Under the pieces are notes generated by a model that was given only the letters and a program-made list of their open reading frames with translations, ran no database searches and had not been told where the DNA came from. The translations under genes were made by a program, and so were the position numbers. Below are positions 25,320 through 38,653 of a stretch of DNA of 64,000 nucleotides, in pieces; the first letter of the stretch is position 1, and every line of letters begins with the position of its first letter. Source of the DNA: Octopus vulgaris (taxonomy: Eukaryota). The stretch is taken from the NCBI GenBank assembly GCA_951406725.2, contig OX597823.1, positions 110,918,001 to 110,982,000 on the forward strand, written 5' to 3'.

Positions 25320-25565
25320 GGCATAGGAGTGGCTGTGTGGTAAGTAGCTTGCTTACGAACCACATTGTTCTAGGTTCAGTCCCACTGCATGGCACCTTGG
25401 GCAAGTGTCTTCTACTATAGCCTCGAGCCGAGCAAAGCCTTGGGAGTGGATTTGGTAGACGGAAAATGAAAGAAGCCCGTCGTATGTATGTATGTATATA
25501 TGTATATGTGTGTGTGTATATGTTTGTGTCAGTGTTTGTCACCCCAACATCAGTTGACAACCGAT
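25320..25565 (+). mobile_element. SINE family A, 3'-truncated
   Basis: ggcataggagtggctgtgtggtaag..ccttgggcaagtg..ttgacaaccgat. Confidence 0.88.
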
Positions 25566-26232
25566 AGGAAGGGAGGGGGAGGAGGAGGTGGTGGTTGTTG
25601 TGGTGGTGGTGGTGGTGGTGTGGGAGGAGGAGGAGGAGGAGGAGTTATAAAAAGAAGAAGAGAGATAGAATGTTGAAAGAGATTTGGCAACTACAAGTGA
25701 CTAAACGATTACACTGCAGTTTGCACTTTCGTTGTGTTGCCGCTGTCGTTGCTGTTGTTGTTGTTGGTGGTGGTGGTGGTGGTTGTGGTAGTGATTGTGT
25801 TATTGTTGTTGCTATTGTTGCTGTTGTCGAAGTGTTTCTGTTGACGTTGTTAATACTGATGCTGCCATCTTGTGTGGTTGTTATCGAACTGAGGTTTTTA
25901 ACCTTCATTTTTGATCATTTCGCTGTCGTTGTCATTATTGTTCTTGCTGCTGTTCTCCTTTTCTGTTGTAGATGGCAGTGGTGACGTTGGTGGTGGTGGT
26001 GGTGGTGGTGGTGGTGGTGGTGGCCCTATTAGTGTTATACTTGTTGCAGTTATTGCTGTTGACATTGATATTCTACCTCAACCATACTGCCCACCATCAC
26101 TGCTACTACCACTACAACAATCAGCTATAACACAACAAGGCAAAAGCAAATCTTTAGATATTCACCTGACATGCCAGATGTAGCAACTGAATCTCCCTCA
26201 TCTTAAAAAAAATGCAAGTATAACCTTAGTAA

Positions 26233-26830
26233 TCATCATCATCATCATCATCGTTAAACATCCATCTTCCATGCTGGCATTGGTTGGACGGTTTGACTGA
26301 GGTCCGGAGAGCCAGTGGCTGCACCAGGCTCCAATCTTGATCTGGAAATGTTTCTACAGCTGGATGACTTTCCTAACACCAACCACTCCGAGAGTGTAGT
26401 GGGTGCTTTTCACATGCCATCAGCACGGGAGCCAGTCAGGTGACCCTGTCATTGATTGGATAGTGCTTTTCACATGCCACCAGCACTGGAACCAGTACTA
26501 GCATTGGCCATGTGCAGTTGGTGTTTTTTACGTGCCACTGGTATGAGAGCCAGTCAGGGGTTGCTGACATCAGCCATGTTTCGATGGTGCTTTTTACATG
26601 CCAACAGTATGGGAGCTAGTCAGGTGGTCCTGGCATTGACCACGTTTGGGTGGTGCTTTTACGTGCCACCAGCATGGGAACCAGTCAGGTGGTCCTGGCA
26701 TTGACCACGTTTGGATGGTGCTTTTTACGTGCCACCAGCACAGGAGCCAGTCAGGGGGCACTGGCCACACCTACAATATTGGTTTTACTTGACTCAACAG
26801 GTCTTCTCAAGCATATTATATCACAAGATG
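26233..26830 (-). mobile_element. RTE-type 3'UTR with about six internal 59-66-bp tandem units
   Basis: (CAT)n tail followed by repeated ggtgcttttacgtgccaccagca..ccagtcagg units starting near 26402, 26462, 26521, 26586, 26652 and 26717. Confidence 0.85.
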
Positions 26831-26870
26831 TATCAGGGGTACTCTTAACTGGGCCAGACATGCATGGTTG

Positions 26871-26946
<76 letters not shown>

Positions 26947-27089
26947 TAACTTGTAAGTAAGGGCTAAAGAAAATAAGTTGTTTATAATTTTAACCGTAAT
27001 GGAATTTTTTTTTGAAGAGAAAAAAAACTTCATCCTATATTAGTATATATTATATATATATTATATATATATATATACAATATATATAT

Positions 27090-27127
<38 letters not shown>

Positions 27128-27130
27128 GTG

Positions 27131-27360
27131 AAGGTGCATGGCTCAGCAGCTACAGCGTTGAACTCACAATCACAGCTGTAGAAATGAGCTATGACGTCAC
27201 TGGTGCCAAGCTGTATCAGCCTTTGCCATTCCCTTGGATAACATTGGTGGCATGGTGACTACTGGTCTTCTATAAACAACCTTGCCTGGACTTGTGCCTC
27301 CGAAGGGAACTTTCTAGGTGCAATACCATGGTCATGCAAGACCAAAAGGGATCTTTACTC
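27131..27360 (+). mobile_element. tRNA-derived SINE family D, internally deleted
   Basis: Head aggtgcatggctcag..agcgttgaactcacaatc; body matches 10441-10616. Confidence 0.65.
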
Positions 27361-27774
27361 TTTTAAGTCCTACATACATAATTCCCAGGTAAACATTGTA
27401 GCCAAAAACTGGGATGCTTTAGATCAGGGGTCTCTTGATCAGAGTCAACTTAGGGCAAAATAACAATCTCACAACTACCAACAAACAGTTGAAGGAACTA
27501 CTATGTGGTTGTTCACTCCGTTAGAACTACTATGTGGTTGTTCACTCCGTTAGAAATAGCAGTGAAAAGCCCCCATTTCACATGTTACTGCTTTAAATTA
27601 AAGGTGAACTACATTGGATAGCATATTTAGTCCTAAGATATGTTGTTAAAAAAAATTGGGATGGTCATGGATGGAATAGATATGATTGTGGCTCAGCTTA
27701 ATCAAAACAGGCTTAGAGTTGAATAATAGCTTTACTATTACAATCACATCTACTATCACTTCCAGTACTATAAC

Positions 27775-27848
27775 CATCATTATTATTATACATACCTACA
27801 ACCATTGCTACCACCAGCATATTGTGACGACTACTACTGCTGCTGCTG

Positions 27849-27893
<45 letters not shown>

Positions 27894-27910
27894 TATTGCT
27901 GCTGCTGCTG

Positions 27911-27941
<31 letters not shown>

Positions 27942-28649
27942 CCTCACCACCACTACGACTACAACCAGCACTACAAATACACCATCAGCACCAACACCAC
28001 CATTGCCACTATCATTACCCCCACCCCCACCACTACCACCAACATCACCACCACAGCTTCCCCCCACCACCACCTCTATCACCACTCATACAATACCTCT
28101 GTCAATTACACCCACCGCCCCCACAATCGCCATCTTCACCACCTCCACTACCATAAGCACCCCACTCTCAACCATTCTCTTATGGTTGGTCGCTGCCCAC
28201 ATCCACCACCATTCACCATTCACAACGCCACCCGCCCATTCCACTGCAGTCACCACACCATAGTGGTATTGCCGGTTGATGCTGGCTTCAGACTCTAGAA
28301 CAATCCATTTCCATGATATGTAGAAGACAGAGAGAAATGGTAAAAGTCTTTGATTCCACAAGGTAGCAATTATATGTAGTAAATGTGATGGAAGTCAGCA
28401 GAGTGTGACTGAAAATTATGGTGACTAAGTGCAATGTCCAGCAAACACCAACGAGGTCTAACACTACCACATCACCACACTACCAAACACCGCCATCACA
28501 CCACCACTATGCTACTGTTACCACCACCACCACTGGTGTTACCGCTGCCACCACCACTACAACCACTCTAAAGGTCGCAGCTTAACAACACCACCACTAC
28601 TTCGAACTGTGTCCTCCACACCTCCAATACGTTATCACTGATACCACTA

Positions 28650-28680
<31 letters not shown>

Positions 28681-28837
28681 GTGATGTGAACCATCTACTT
28701 CCACCTCCACCACGACTAGCAGCATTGTTTACTACTACTACTACTACTTCTACTACTTCTACTACTACTACTACTACTACAACTACAAGTGATGTGAAAC
28801 ATCGACTACCACCTCCACCACGACTAGCAGCATTGTT

Positions 28838-28881
<44 letters not shown>

Positions 28882-29229
28882 TTACTACTACTACTACTAC
28901 CACTACTACCATTACCACCACTAGCTATGTTCCTTACTAACACCACCACCACCACCACCTTTACAAGCACGGTACTAACCAATTACTGCTAGAATAACAC
29001 AATTTTTGTCCCAACTAGTGCCACTAGGACACTACTACACACTACTACCAACATATACCACCACCATTTCCTACCTCTACTCCTCACACCACTACTTACA
29101 CGACTGCTACCACTACCATACAACTATAGAACTACCACTACCTTCTGTTATATGTTATAACTATTACCAACATCAATTCATTCACCATTATTATCATCAC
29201 ATTGTTAGTAGCTATAACCCCATCACCTA

Positions 29230-29230
<1 letters not shown>
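27775..29230. repeat. Degenerate (CTA/CCA)n low-complexity region
   Basis: ACT/ACC-rich runs; includes a duplicated unit of about 55 bp, agtgatgtgaa..agcattgttt. Confidence 0.85.
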
Positions 29231-29282
<52 letters not shown>

Positions 29283-29310
29283 GGAGGGAGAGAGAGAAAG
29301 AGATACAGAT

Positions 29311-29775
29311 GTAGGCATTGGTGTGTGGTAAGAAGCCAGCTTCCCAGCCACATGCTTCTGGGTTCAGTCCCACTACATGGCACCTTGGGCAAGTGTCTTC
29401 TACTATAGCCTCGGGTCGACCAAAGCCTCATGAGTGGATATGGTAGATGGGAACTGAAGGAAGCCCGGCGTATATATATATACATACATACATATATACA
29501 TATACGTACATATATACATATACATACATACATATACATATATATATATATATATATCTTGTGTTTGTGTCTGTGTTTGTCCCCGCAACCATTGCTTGTC
29601 AACCAAATGTTGGTGTGTTCATGTCCCCGTAACTTAGCAGTTTGGTAACGAGATCGATAAAATAAGTGTTAGGCTTACAGAGGATAAAACCTGGGGTCGA
29701 TTTGTTTGACTAAAAGCCCTTGAAGTGGTGCTCCATCATGGCTGCAATCAAATGACTGAAACAAGTAAAAGAATA
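29311..29775 (+). mobile_element. SINE family A
   Basis: gtgtgtggtaagaag..ggttcagtcccac..ccttgggcaagtg..gactgaaacaagtaaaaga. Confidence 0.88.
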
Positions 29776-29776
29776 T

Positions 29777-30073
29777 CCTGGAAGATCTGTAGAGCTTGAT
29801 AAGGATGTCCTGCAAAACACGGTAGAACAAAATCCCATTGTAATTGTTAAGGAACTAGCAGAGAAGCTTGGATTTGGTCCTTCAACCATTCATCGACAGC
29901 TGCATGCCATTGGAAAAGTCAGCAAATTGGGTCAATGAGTTCCTCAAAGTCTTTCTGAATTTAATCAAGCACAGAGAGTGAATGTGTGCTCTTTTTTACT
30001 GTCACGTTTCACAAATGAACCTTTTCTGGAGTGAATAGTGACTGGTGACGAGAAATGGGTCCTTTATAAAAAT
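29777..30073 (+). pseudogene. Mariner (Tc1/mariner) transposase fragment
   Basis: PGRSVELDKDVLQNTVEQNP..KELAEKLG..STIHRQLHAIGKVSKLGQ*VPQSL..FLE*IVTGDEKWVLYKN: HTH, degraded WVPHEL motif and the first catalytic Asp motif TGDEKW; two stops. Confidence 0.92.
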
Positions 30074-30813
30074 GCATGAAGTCCAAGATCGCTACCGGAA
30101 ACTGGGCAGCTATTGATCAAGGCAGGTCCCATGGTGTTATTAAAAGAGAGATAAATATTCCAGTGACACTAAATGCCTTAAAAAGGAGAATTTCTTGGAC
30201 TGCATAACTGGACAAGAAGCTAGTGGTGTCTTGCTATTTGGCTGGCCTTTGAAGGGACTTACAGGACATCAGATACATGGCTGGTAAAGGTGTGTGTGTG
30301 TACTAGATGTGGCTGTCTGATTCCTATATGTGTGTGTCTGTTGTGCATGTGTGTATAAGGTGCATGAATGTGTAAAATGGCATGTAGGTGAGAGGTGATG
30401 GCATCAGCTCATTGGTACATATTAGTAATATTATTATTAAACCCCAGATAATCCATGAGTAAGCAAACTTATGATAAAATAGCATTCCAGCCATGACTGT
30501 CCTGTCTTTTCTTTAAGTATAGTATAACCAGATTCATATAATGTAATTTTTCTTTCCTTTTAAAATATTTTGGCGTGTTTGGAGGAAGATGTGACTGCAT
30601 GATTGGTCAGATTTGATCAGTCATTCTAAAATATTTTTATAGTACAATAACTAATTCTACCTGTCTAATATACGCTAAGCTCTCACCTGACTCACAGCCA
30701 CCTCCATCTAATCCACTCCTTTTTTCAGCTTAGAGGTTTCTGTTGTGCAAACTACCAGATGTCTCCACTGGTGCCACATAAAATGAACCTGTGCTTGTGC
30801 CACGTAAAAAGCA

Positions 30814-31385
30814 CATCATCATCATCAACAGCAGCAGCAACATCGTTTAACGTCTGCTTTCCATGCTGGCATGGGTTGGACGATTTGACTGAGGACTGGC
30901 GAACCAGATGGCTGCACCAGGCTCCAATCTAGATTTGGCAGAGTTTCTACAGCTGGATGCCCTTCCTAATGCCAACCACTCCGAGAGTGTAGTGGGTGCT
31001 TTTACGTGCCACTGGTATGAGGGCCAGTCTGGCGGCACTGGTAACAGCCATGCTCAAATGGTGCTTTTTATGTGCCACCTGCACAGGAGCCAATCTAGCG
31101 GCACAGGCAACGACCTCGCTTAAGTGTTTTTTCATGTGCCACCAGCACAAGTGCCGGTAAGGCGACGCAAGTAATGATCACGCTTGAATAGTGCTTTTTA
31201 CGTGCCACTGGCATGGAGGCCAGTTTGTTGCTCTGGCAACAATCACATAATACCCTTAATAGATTGGTTGGTGATATTAAAGGCATCCAGCCATAGAAAC
31301 CATGCCAAAACAGGCAAATCATGGCTGTTGCAGCTCTCTGGCTTTCCAACGCCTGTCAAATCATCCAACACATGCGAACATGGAA
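30814..31385. mobile_element. RTE-type 3'UTR (minus, 30814-31240, about four tandem units) plus an oppositely oriented older fragment (plus, about 31262-31385)
   Basis: cgtttaacgtctgctttccatgctggcatgg..ggatgcccttcctaatgcc; then aaggcatccagccatagaaaccatgcc in the reverse orientation. Confidence 0.8.
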
Positions 31386-31852
31386 TGGTGTCTGCAGCTT
31401 GCATAACTCCGCAAGTTACTGACACAAATCATTCCAAGTTACCTACAATTTCAGATTTGATCCAATCGTGTCATATCAGTTTCTAACATCAGCACAAGGT
31501 CTAAAATTTGGGAGGCAAAGAATGTCAGTAATACTGATTAGATCTCAATGGGATTTGAACTCAGAAGATGAAGGACCACAACTAAATATCACAGAGCATT
31601 TTCTCAAATGCTCTAATGCTTCTGCCACTTCCATAACAGAATCAATCTATGAAAACCTGGTAGAGTCATGGGTACTGGCTTTGAATGTATCTAATAAATA
31701 AAAAGGCTTTACTAACATTTGAAGCTTATTCTTTCAACATTGGTTCCAATCAACTGCTGAGGAGTCTCTGCCCTGGTGGTGTTTATAGGGTCCCACTTCT
31801 GCACAGCTAAAAAAAGTCACATTCTCTACGTCAATATATTTTATAGCTTTTA

Positions 31853-32415
31853 AGGCAGTGAGCTGGCGGATTTGTTCGGGTTCAGTCCCACTGTGTGGTA
31901 CCTCGGGCAAGTGTCTTCTACTATAGCCTCGGGTCGATCAAAGCCTTGTGAATGGATTTGGTAGATGGAAACTGAAAGAAGCCTGTCGTATATATGTATA
32001 TATATGTGTGTGCATATGTTTGTGTGTCTGTGTTTGTCCCCCCAGCATCGCTTGACAACTGATACTGGTGTGTTTACGTCCCCGTAACTTAGTGGTTCAA
32101 CAAAAGAGACCAATAGAATAAGAACTAGGCTTACAAAGAATAAGTCCTGGGGTCAATTTGTTTGACTAAAGGCAGTGCTCCAACATAGCCACAGTCAAAT
32201 AACTGAAACAAGTAAAAAAGTAAAGAAGTATGCTGGGTGAACTGCTTAGTGGCATTTGATCCATCCTTACGTTCTGAGTTCAAATTTCACCGAGGTCAAC
32301 TTAGTTTTTCATCCTTTCAGGGCTGATAAATTAGGTACCAGTTGAGCACTGGGGAAAATCTAATCAACTTACCCCCTCCCCCAAAATAGTGTCCTTGTAT
32401 GAAGATGTGAAATCA
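31853..32415 (+). mobile_element. SINE family B with a 5'-truncated SINE family A nested in its head (A: about 31874-32230)
   Basis: ggcagtgagctggcgga | A body and tail | tgctgggtgaactgcttagtggcatt..gagttcaaatttcaccgaggtc. Confidence 0.85.
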
Positions 32416-33659
32416 ATATATTTTATAGCATCTAAGAAATATCACAACTCATAAAGATCTTAGAATATCCTGACAGATGTTGTCTAAGCTGCGGTCTGTT
32501 CGCATATTTCTGAATTGCACACAAGAATGTTTTATTTTGTCAGGTATATCTTTTGTTCAGTTCGCCATTTTGGTCGAATTGAAGTTTCTATAAGGCACTA
32601 AACCTAACTGCACATAGTCAGCATTTGAGCTGCTGAAAATAACAGCCAATTATCATTGAAACCATGTTTAAGTGTTTTATAAATGCATGGATATATTGAA
32701 TAACACAGTGCAAAATTCACTATGAATGGAATCAATGAATATAGACAATTATAGCTGGAACGTCAAATCATAGATCGGCTCAATAGTAAATCAGATTCTT
32801 TAGAATCTCACACTTCTATGCTGCGCTGCATACAATACCTCACTGCATGTCAAAGTGTATAGCATGGTGTCCAGCAAAGCAGAGGCAGCATATATATAAA
32901 TATTACTGTTCCACCCACCAGGGGGAGCCAGTGTTGTTGCAATTTCTACCAGTAATTCGCTGTCATAATAAATTCACTTTTCTTTAACCTTTCTCAACTT
33001 TCAAAATTTGTTCTCCTATGATTTCAAAAAAAGTCTTTGTTCTCGTCACTCAAACTGTTATTGCAGCTATTTGATATCCTTGTAACTGTTGTTGTTGTTG
33101 TTGTTGCTGTTTCTATGAGTGTTGTTGTTGCTGTTCCTGTTAATGATATTGTTGTTGTTGTTGTTGTAGTTATATGTTCTGATTTTAACTCTTTCGCAAC
33201 CCTCTCATCTCAGATGATAATTTCTATCCAATTTTTTTTTCCCACTCTCGTCTTAAATAAGAGCTTCTTTTAACAACTAACTCAATTACTCTCCATTGAA
33301 GAGCAGAATGGAACAACTTTGGTCAAGTCTATTAGATAAATACAACTGCCAGAAATGAAATAAACGGTTGGTAAAAGAAGGAAAAAAAGAACGAAAGAAA
33401 AAAAACTACGAGGTACAAAGAACGAATACACAAGAATTCGAAGAGTAAAGCAATACACGGAATAGAAAGAAGAAAAAATATATTACATAAAAATTTGTAG
33501 AAAATACAAGTGAAAGAAATCACAGAGATAAAATAACAGCAGAGAATTCTCAAAAAAGAAAAAAGCATAAACAATATAAATAATGTAAAAAAAAAAACAG
33601 TGAAAATATATTTATAAATGTACAAATAAAATGGAATACAAAAATTGCTGAACAGAATA

Positions 33660-33756
33660 CATATGCATACATACACGCATGTGGAACATATATATATATA
33701 TATGTATGTATGTATGTATATATATATGTATATATATATATGTTTATATATGTATA

Positions 33757-33795
<39 letters not shown>

Positions 33796-33852
33796 CTATA
33801 CATATATATATATACACACACACATATTTATTTACATATATTTACATATATG

Positions 33853-33892
<40 letters not shown>

Positions 33893-34803
33893 TGTATGTA
33901 TTTATGTATGTATATATATATGTTTATATATGTATATTTATACATATATATATATATACACACACATATTTATTTACATATATGTATGTATACATATGTA
34001 TGTTTATGTATAATAAGAATTATATGGATATATAAATGTGTATCTATGAGTGTGTGCGTGTGTGTGTGTGTGTGTGTACAGACTCATACACAGATATATG
34101 CAGGTGGCAGCATTGGTTATTGTGGGGATGTGGTGGTACTAATGCCAGTAGTTGTTGAAATGGTTCTTATGGTGATGGCAGCACCATTAGCAGCGGTATT
34201 TTTGATATGAAGGTGGGTGCTATGATGAGAATGTCAAAGAGAGGCAAATGTGATGATGGTGGCAACATTGATGTTGGTGGGTAGGCACAAATAATAGCGA
34301 AATGAGGTGGGATCATGGTTGTTGGGGTGTCTGAGATATTTGAGTATGAAGAGAAAGGGGTTGGCATTTGTCTTTGTAGCAAATGTCTGTCAGAGATATT
34401 CCATCGCAGGTCTATAGTGATTGGCATCTTGGAAATTGGCCAGGCAAATATTTAGCTCCTTAATAGCATGAAGGATTTTTCAACTATTGTGTGTGTGTGT
34501 GTGTGTATATATAAACATACATATATATGTATACATATATATGTATATATATGCATATATATGTATATATGTATATGTATATATGTATATGTATATATGT
34601 ACATATGTATATATGTACATATGTATATATGTACATATGTATATATGTATATATATGTATATATGTATATCTGTATATGTATGTATATTTGTATATATGT
34701 GTATATATATGTATAGAAAACGGACGTTAAATGATGATGATGATGATGAGGAGTATATATATATATGTATATATGTATATATGTATGTATATGTATTTAT
34801 ATA

Positions 34804-34847
<44 letters not shown>

Positions 34848-35282
34848 TATGCATATATACATATATATATATATATTGACATATATCTTATATTTACATT
34901 ATATATATATATATATATATATACAAACACACATATACATAATAGTGTGTGTGTATAAAACATGAATTAAAGATGTCCATATTAGTTCATTGATTTCTTT
35001 TTTTCATTTTTCTGTCCTTTTACAACAATTATATTAGTTTGTGCATTGTTGTTGCAGTTATTGGTATTGTTGTTAATGTTGTTGCACATGCTGCATTTTT
35101 TTTTGTATTCGCTGTAAAATAATTTGATGAGATTTCATTGCTTCTACTCATAAACACACCCACACATGAATAAACATACATACATATGTATGTATGTATG
35201 CGTGTATGTATGCATATATGTATGTATGCATACATGTATTGATGGATGGATGGATAGATGTGTGTGTGTGTGTGTGTGTGTG
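33660..35282. repeat. TA/TATG/GT microsatellite fields
   Basis: Directly visible; a tiny RTE tail remnant gaaaacggacgttaaatgatgat lies at about 34716-34750. Confidence 0.9.
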
Positions 35283-35580
35283 CAGTTAATTAAAATGAGA
35301 CATCTTGAAGACACTAATTTACCAACTTTGTAAATATTTTCTTTATATTTCTGTTCCCCCGATTTGCTATTTCTCATTATCTTTTTTATTGTTTTGTTTA
35401 ATGGTTGTTGTTGTTGTTGAAGTTGTTGTCATTGTAGGGAACAATTCAAAATTTTTCTTTAGTTTTTTAATTTTTTAAACTTACTTTTAACTCTGTAGTA
35501 TTGTAATTCTTTGTTTTTTATCTAAATTTCCATATATAAATTTTTTCATTGAAGTGCTTATATGTCTCTCTCTTTTTCTC

Positions 35581-35645
<65 letters not shown>

Positions 35646-35807
35646 CCTCTCTCAATATTTTATTTTATATTTTATTAACGCATACACACACAAATATGTA
35701 TATATATATATTTATATATATATATATGTGTGTGTGTGACCCCATGTGTATCGTTGGCGATTTTATTTTCCTCCGTCTTCCCTTCCTTGGATCTTTCCCT
35801 TTCCTAT

Positions 35808-35842
35808 GTTTCTGACAAAGAGCTCTGCTCGAAATGTTAAAT
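35808..35842 (+). ncRNA. Degenerate minimal type I hammerhead motif
   Basis: gttt-CTGACAA-a-gagc-tct-gctc-GAAA-tg-TT-aaat; the G8>A and CG>TG changes are both compatible with CpG decay. Confidence 0.55.
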
Positions 35843-35937
35843 CCTCCTTCTTTCTTTCTTTTCCTGATGATCCAATAATACTTGGTCCACATCCTCACAT
35901 TGTTGTGTTTTCTCTTTGTATTTTCATGTTTGGATTA

Positions 35938-36056
<119 letters not shown>

Positions 36057-36128
36057 ATACATACATATATACATACAGACATAGATATACATATAAATAT
36101 ATATACATAAATACATACATACATATAT

Positions 36129-36168
<40 letters not shown>

Positions 36169-36262
36169 ATATACATTCACACACACACACATATGTATGT
36201 ATATATATATGGTGAGACAGAGAGAGTCTCTGCTCAATCTGATTTAAAACTTACAGAAACTA

Positions 36263-36341
<79 letters not shown>

Positions 36342-36756
36342 AATACTACTACTGTTATTGGTACTGCTATCAATAAAACACTGCTTGCTAATCATCACCA
36401 TAGTCCTTTCTTATCCTTTTCTTTTACTTCTCCTTCACTCATTTTCTCTTCTTTTCATTCTTCTCATTTGCATATAGCTCCACCTTCATTACACTTCTTC
36501 TTCTCATTTACATAATCAATTCACATTTTCACGTCCTCTTTCATGTCCTAACTGCAATAAAGTACCTGTAAACTATTCAGGCTTGATAACATACCCATCA
36601 CTTCCAAGCATGTGTCATCATACATTAAACAAAGATTCAACAGCACCAGTCCTTTTTCTCCCAATATTCCAGTTTTCTTCATGAATTTATCTCTCTTTCT
36701 GCTCCTTCATTTTCTTCTTACTCTTGTTTCTTCTTATCTTTCATTATCCTTATTCT

Positions 36757-37122
36757 CTCTTTACTCTTTTACTTGCAAATCGACCCCGGGACTTATTCTT
36801 TGTAAGCCCAGTGCTTATTCTATCGGTCTCATTTGCCGAACCGTTAAGTTACGAGGATGTAAACACACCAGCATCGGTTGTCAAGCAATGCTAGTGGGAC
36901 AAACACAGACACACAAACACACACACACACATATACATATATATATATATACATATATACGACAGGCTTCTTTCAGTTTCCATCTACCAAATCCACTCAC
37001 AAGGCATTGGTCGGCCCGGGGCTATAGCAGAAGACACTTGCCCAAGATGCCACGCAGTGGGACTGAACTCGGAAACATGTGGTTGGTGAGCAAGCTACTT
37101 ACCACACAGCCACTCCTGCGCC
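36757..37122 (-). mobile_element. SINE family A with a deletion of about 50 bp near the tail
   Basis: Reverse complement of family A ending cagccactcctgcgcc. Confidence 0.9.
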
Positions 37123-37247
37123 TTTATTATTAATATTGTTTCTCCATTTTACATCTCTTTTTCATGATGGCGTTGATAGGACAAAATGGTATTTCACAGT
37201 CAGATACCAACCAGTCCTGCAGCCAGTTTTTACTTGTGCTTCAACTA

Positions 37248-37667
37248 GGCGCAGGAGTGGCTGTGTGGTAAGTAGCTTGCTTACCAACCACATGGTTCCA
37301 GGTTCAGTCCCACTGCGTGGCACCTTGGGCAAGTGTCTTCTACTATAGCCTCAGGCCAACCAAAACCTTGTGAGTGGATTTGGTAGACGGAAACTGAAAG
37401 AAGCCTGTCGTACATATATATATATATATATATATACATATATATATAGTGTGTATTTGTGTGTCTGTGTTTGTCCTCCCAACATCGCTTGACAACCGAT
37501 GCTGGTGTATTTACATCTCCGTAACTTAGCGGTTCGGCAATAGAGACCGATAGAATAAGTACTAGGCTTACAAAGAATAAGTCATGGGGTCGATTTGCTC
37601 AACTAAAGGCGGTGCTCCAGCATGGCGGCAGTCAAATGACTGAAACAAGTAAAAGAGTAAAAGAGTA
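37248..37667 (+). mobile_element. SINE family A, full length, young
   Basis: ggcgcaggagtggctgtgtggtaagtagc..gactgaaacaagtaaaagagtaaaagagt. Confidence 0.92.
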
Positions 37668-37846
37668 AGGGATATTGTATTCCATTACTTGTCACAAGTC
37701 AAAACAGCAAAGGTATAAGCTGTATTGTTTTCAGGGTATGTAAACATGACTTCACTGTTTCACTCAAAAAATACCATGCAAAGTCATGCAAAATATAAAC
37801 ATTCACACACACACTAACATCATTACCATCACTACTATCATTATCA

Positions 37847-38360
37847 TCACATAGCTAGCTAGAGCTGATGGCCTCTTGGAGCTAATCAACGGCGGTATTT
37901 GTCCTATTTATCTGGACTGCCATGTTAACTTGGCGGTAACTATTAATATCCAGTACCGCTGCCATAGTCTCGTTTAGAGAGAATTAGAAATAATAATATT
38001 TCTATTTTTGAAAACCAGTGGATGTATTCCACTGAATTTAGATAGATAATCCTTCGAACAGACGGTCAACAGCAATGCCTGCTGGGTTTGACTACTCCAC
38101 ATTGATAAGGGGCAACTAACCCGAAACTAGTCTGTGGTTGCCAAACCAGCAAGGAGAAGCTGCTGACATCCCCTGTTCAATGGGTATAAGGGACACAGGT
38201 TTGTGTGTCACATAGCTAGAGGCGATGGCCTCTCGGAGCTAATCAACGACAGCATTCGTCCTATTTTTCTAGACTGCCATGTTAGCTTGGCAATAACTAT
38301 TAATATCCGGTATGGCTGCTGTAGTATCCTTTAGAGAGAATTAGAAATAATGATATTTCT
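37847..38360 (+). mobile_element. Retrozyme-like element: about 1.4 copies of a roughly 360-bp structured monomer with a central hammerhead
   Basis: Direct repeats 37847-38003 and 38208-38360; no ORF; multiple hairpins; hammerhead at 38097-38137. Confidence 0.75.
38097..38137 (+). ncRNA. Type I hammerhead ribozyme, U3:A8 core variant
   Basis: ccaca-TTGATAA-g-ggg-caactaa-ccc-GAAA-ctag-TC-tgtgg; perfect stem I, palindromic stem III (ACTAGT), GUC cleavage site; stem I extends into a rod spanning 38056-38178. Confidence 0.8.
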
Positions 38361-38653
38361 TTATATATCATTATTATTATCATTTGCTTACCATGGCATG
38401 GGTTAAATAGTATGTCACAGTCTGTGTCATTTCTTAATGAGGGCTTCTGCTCCCATAAAGTAAACCTTATATGTGTCATCTGGCTTGGTTTCTACAGCTG
38501 AATACACTATCTGTCTCCAAACATTTCACAGAATATACTGGGTATGTTTTCTTGTGGCACCACCATTAGAGAAGACAAGATTAAAAGCAATCTCAAAATC
38601 CAATACTAACACTGTTTATTTAAAAATTATTAGTAATGTGTAGTTATATATAT

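Noticed and set aside
26400-26770. Regularly spaced repeats resembling a CRISPR array
   Set aside because: Whole units are homologous (no unique spacers), there are no cas genes, and the context is a eukaryotic LINE 3'UTR.
27496-27555. 30-bp tandem duplication (similar 32-bp duplication at about 55496-55555)
   Set aside because: Simple local slippage duplications with no further structure.
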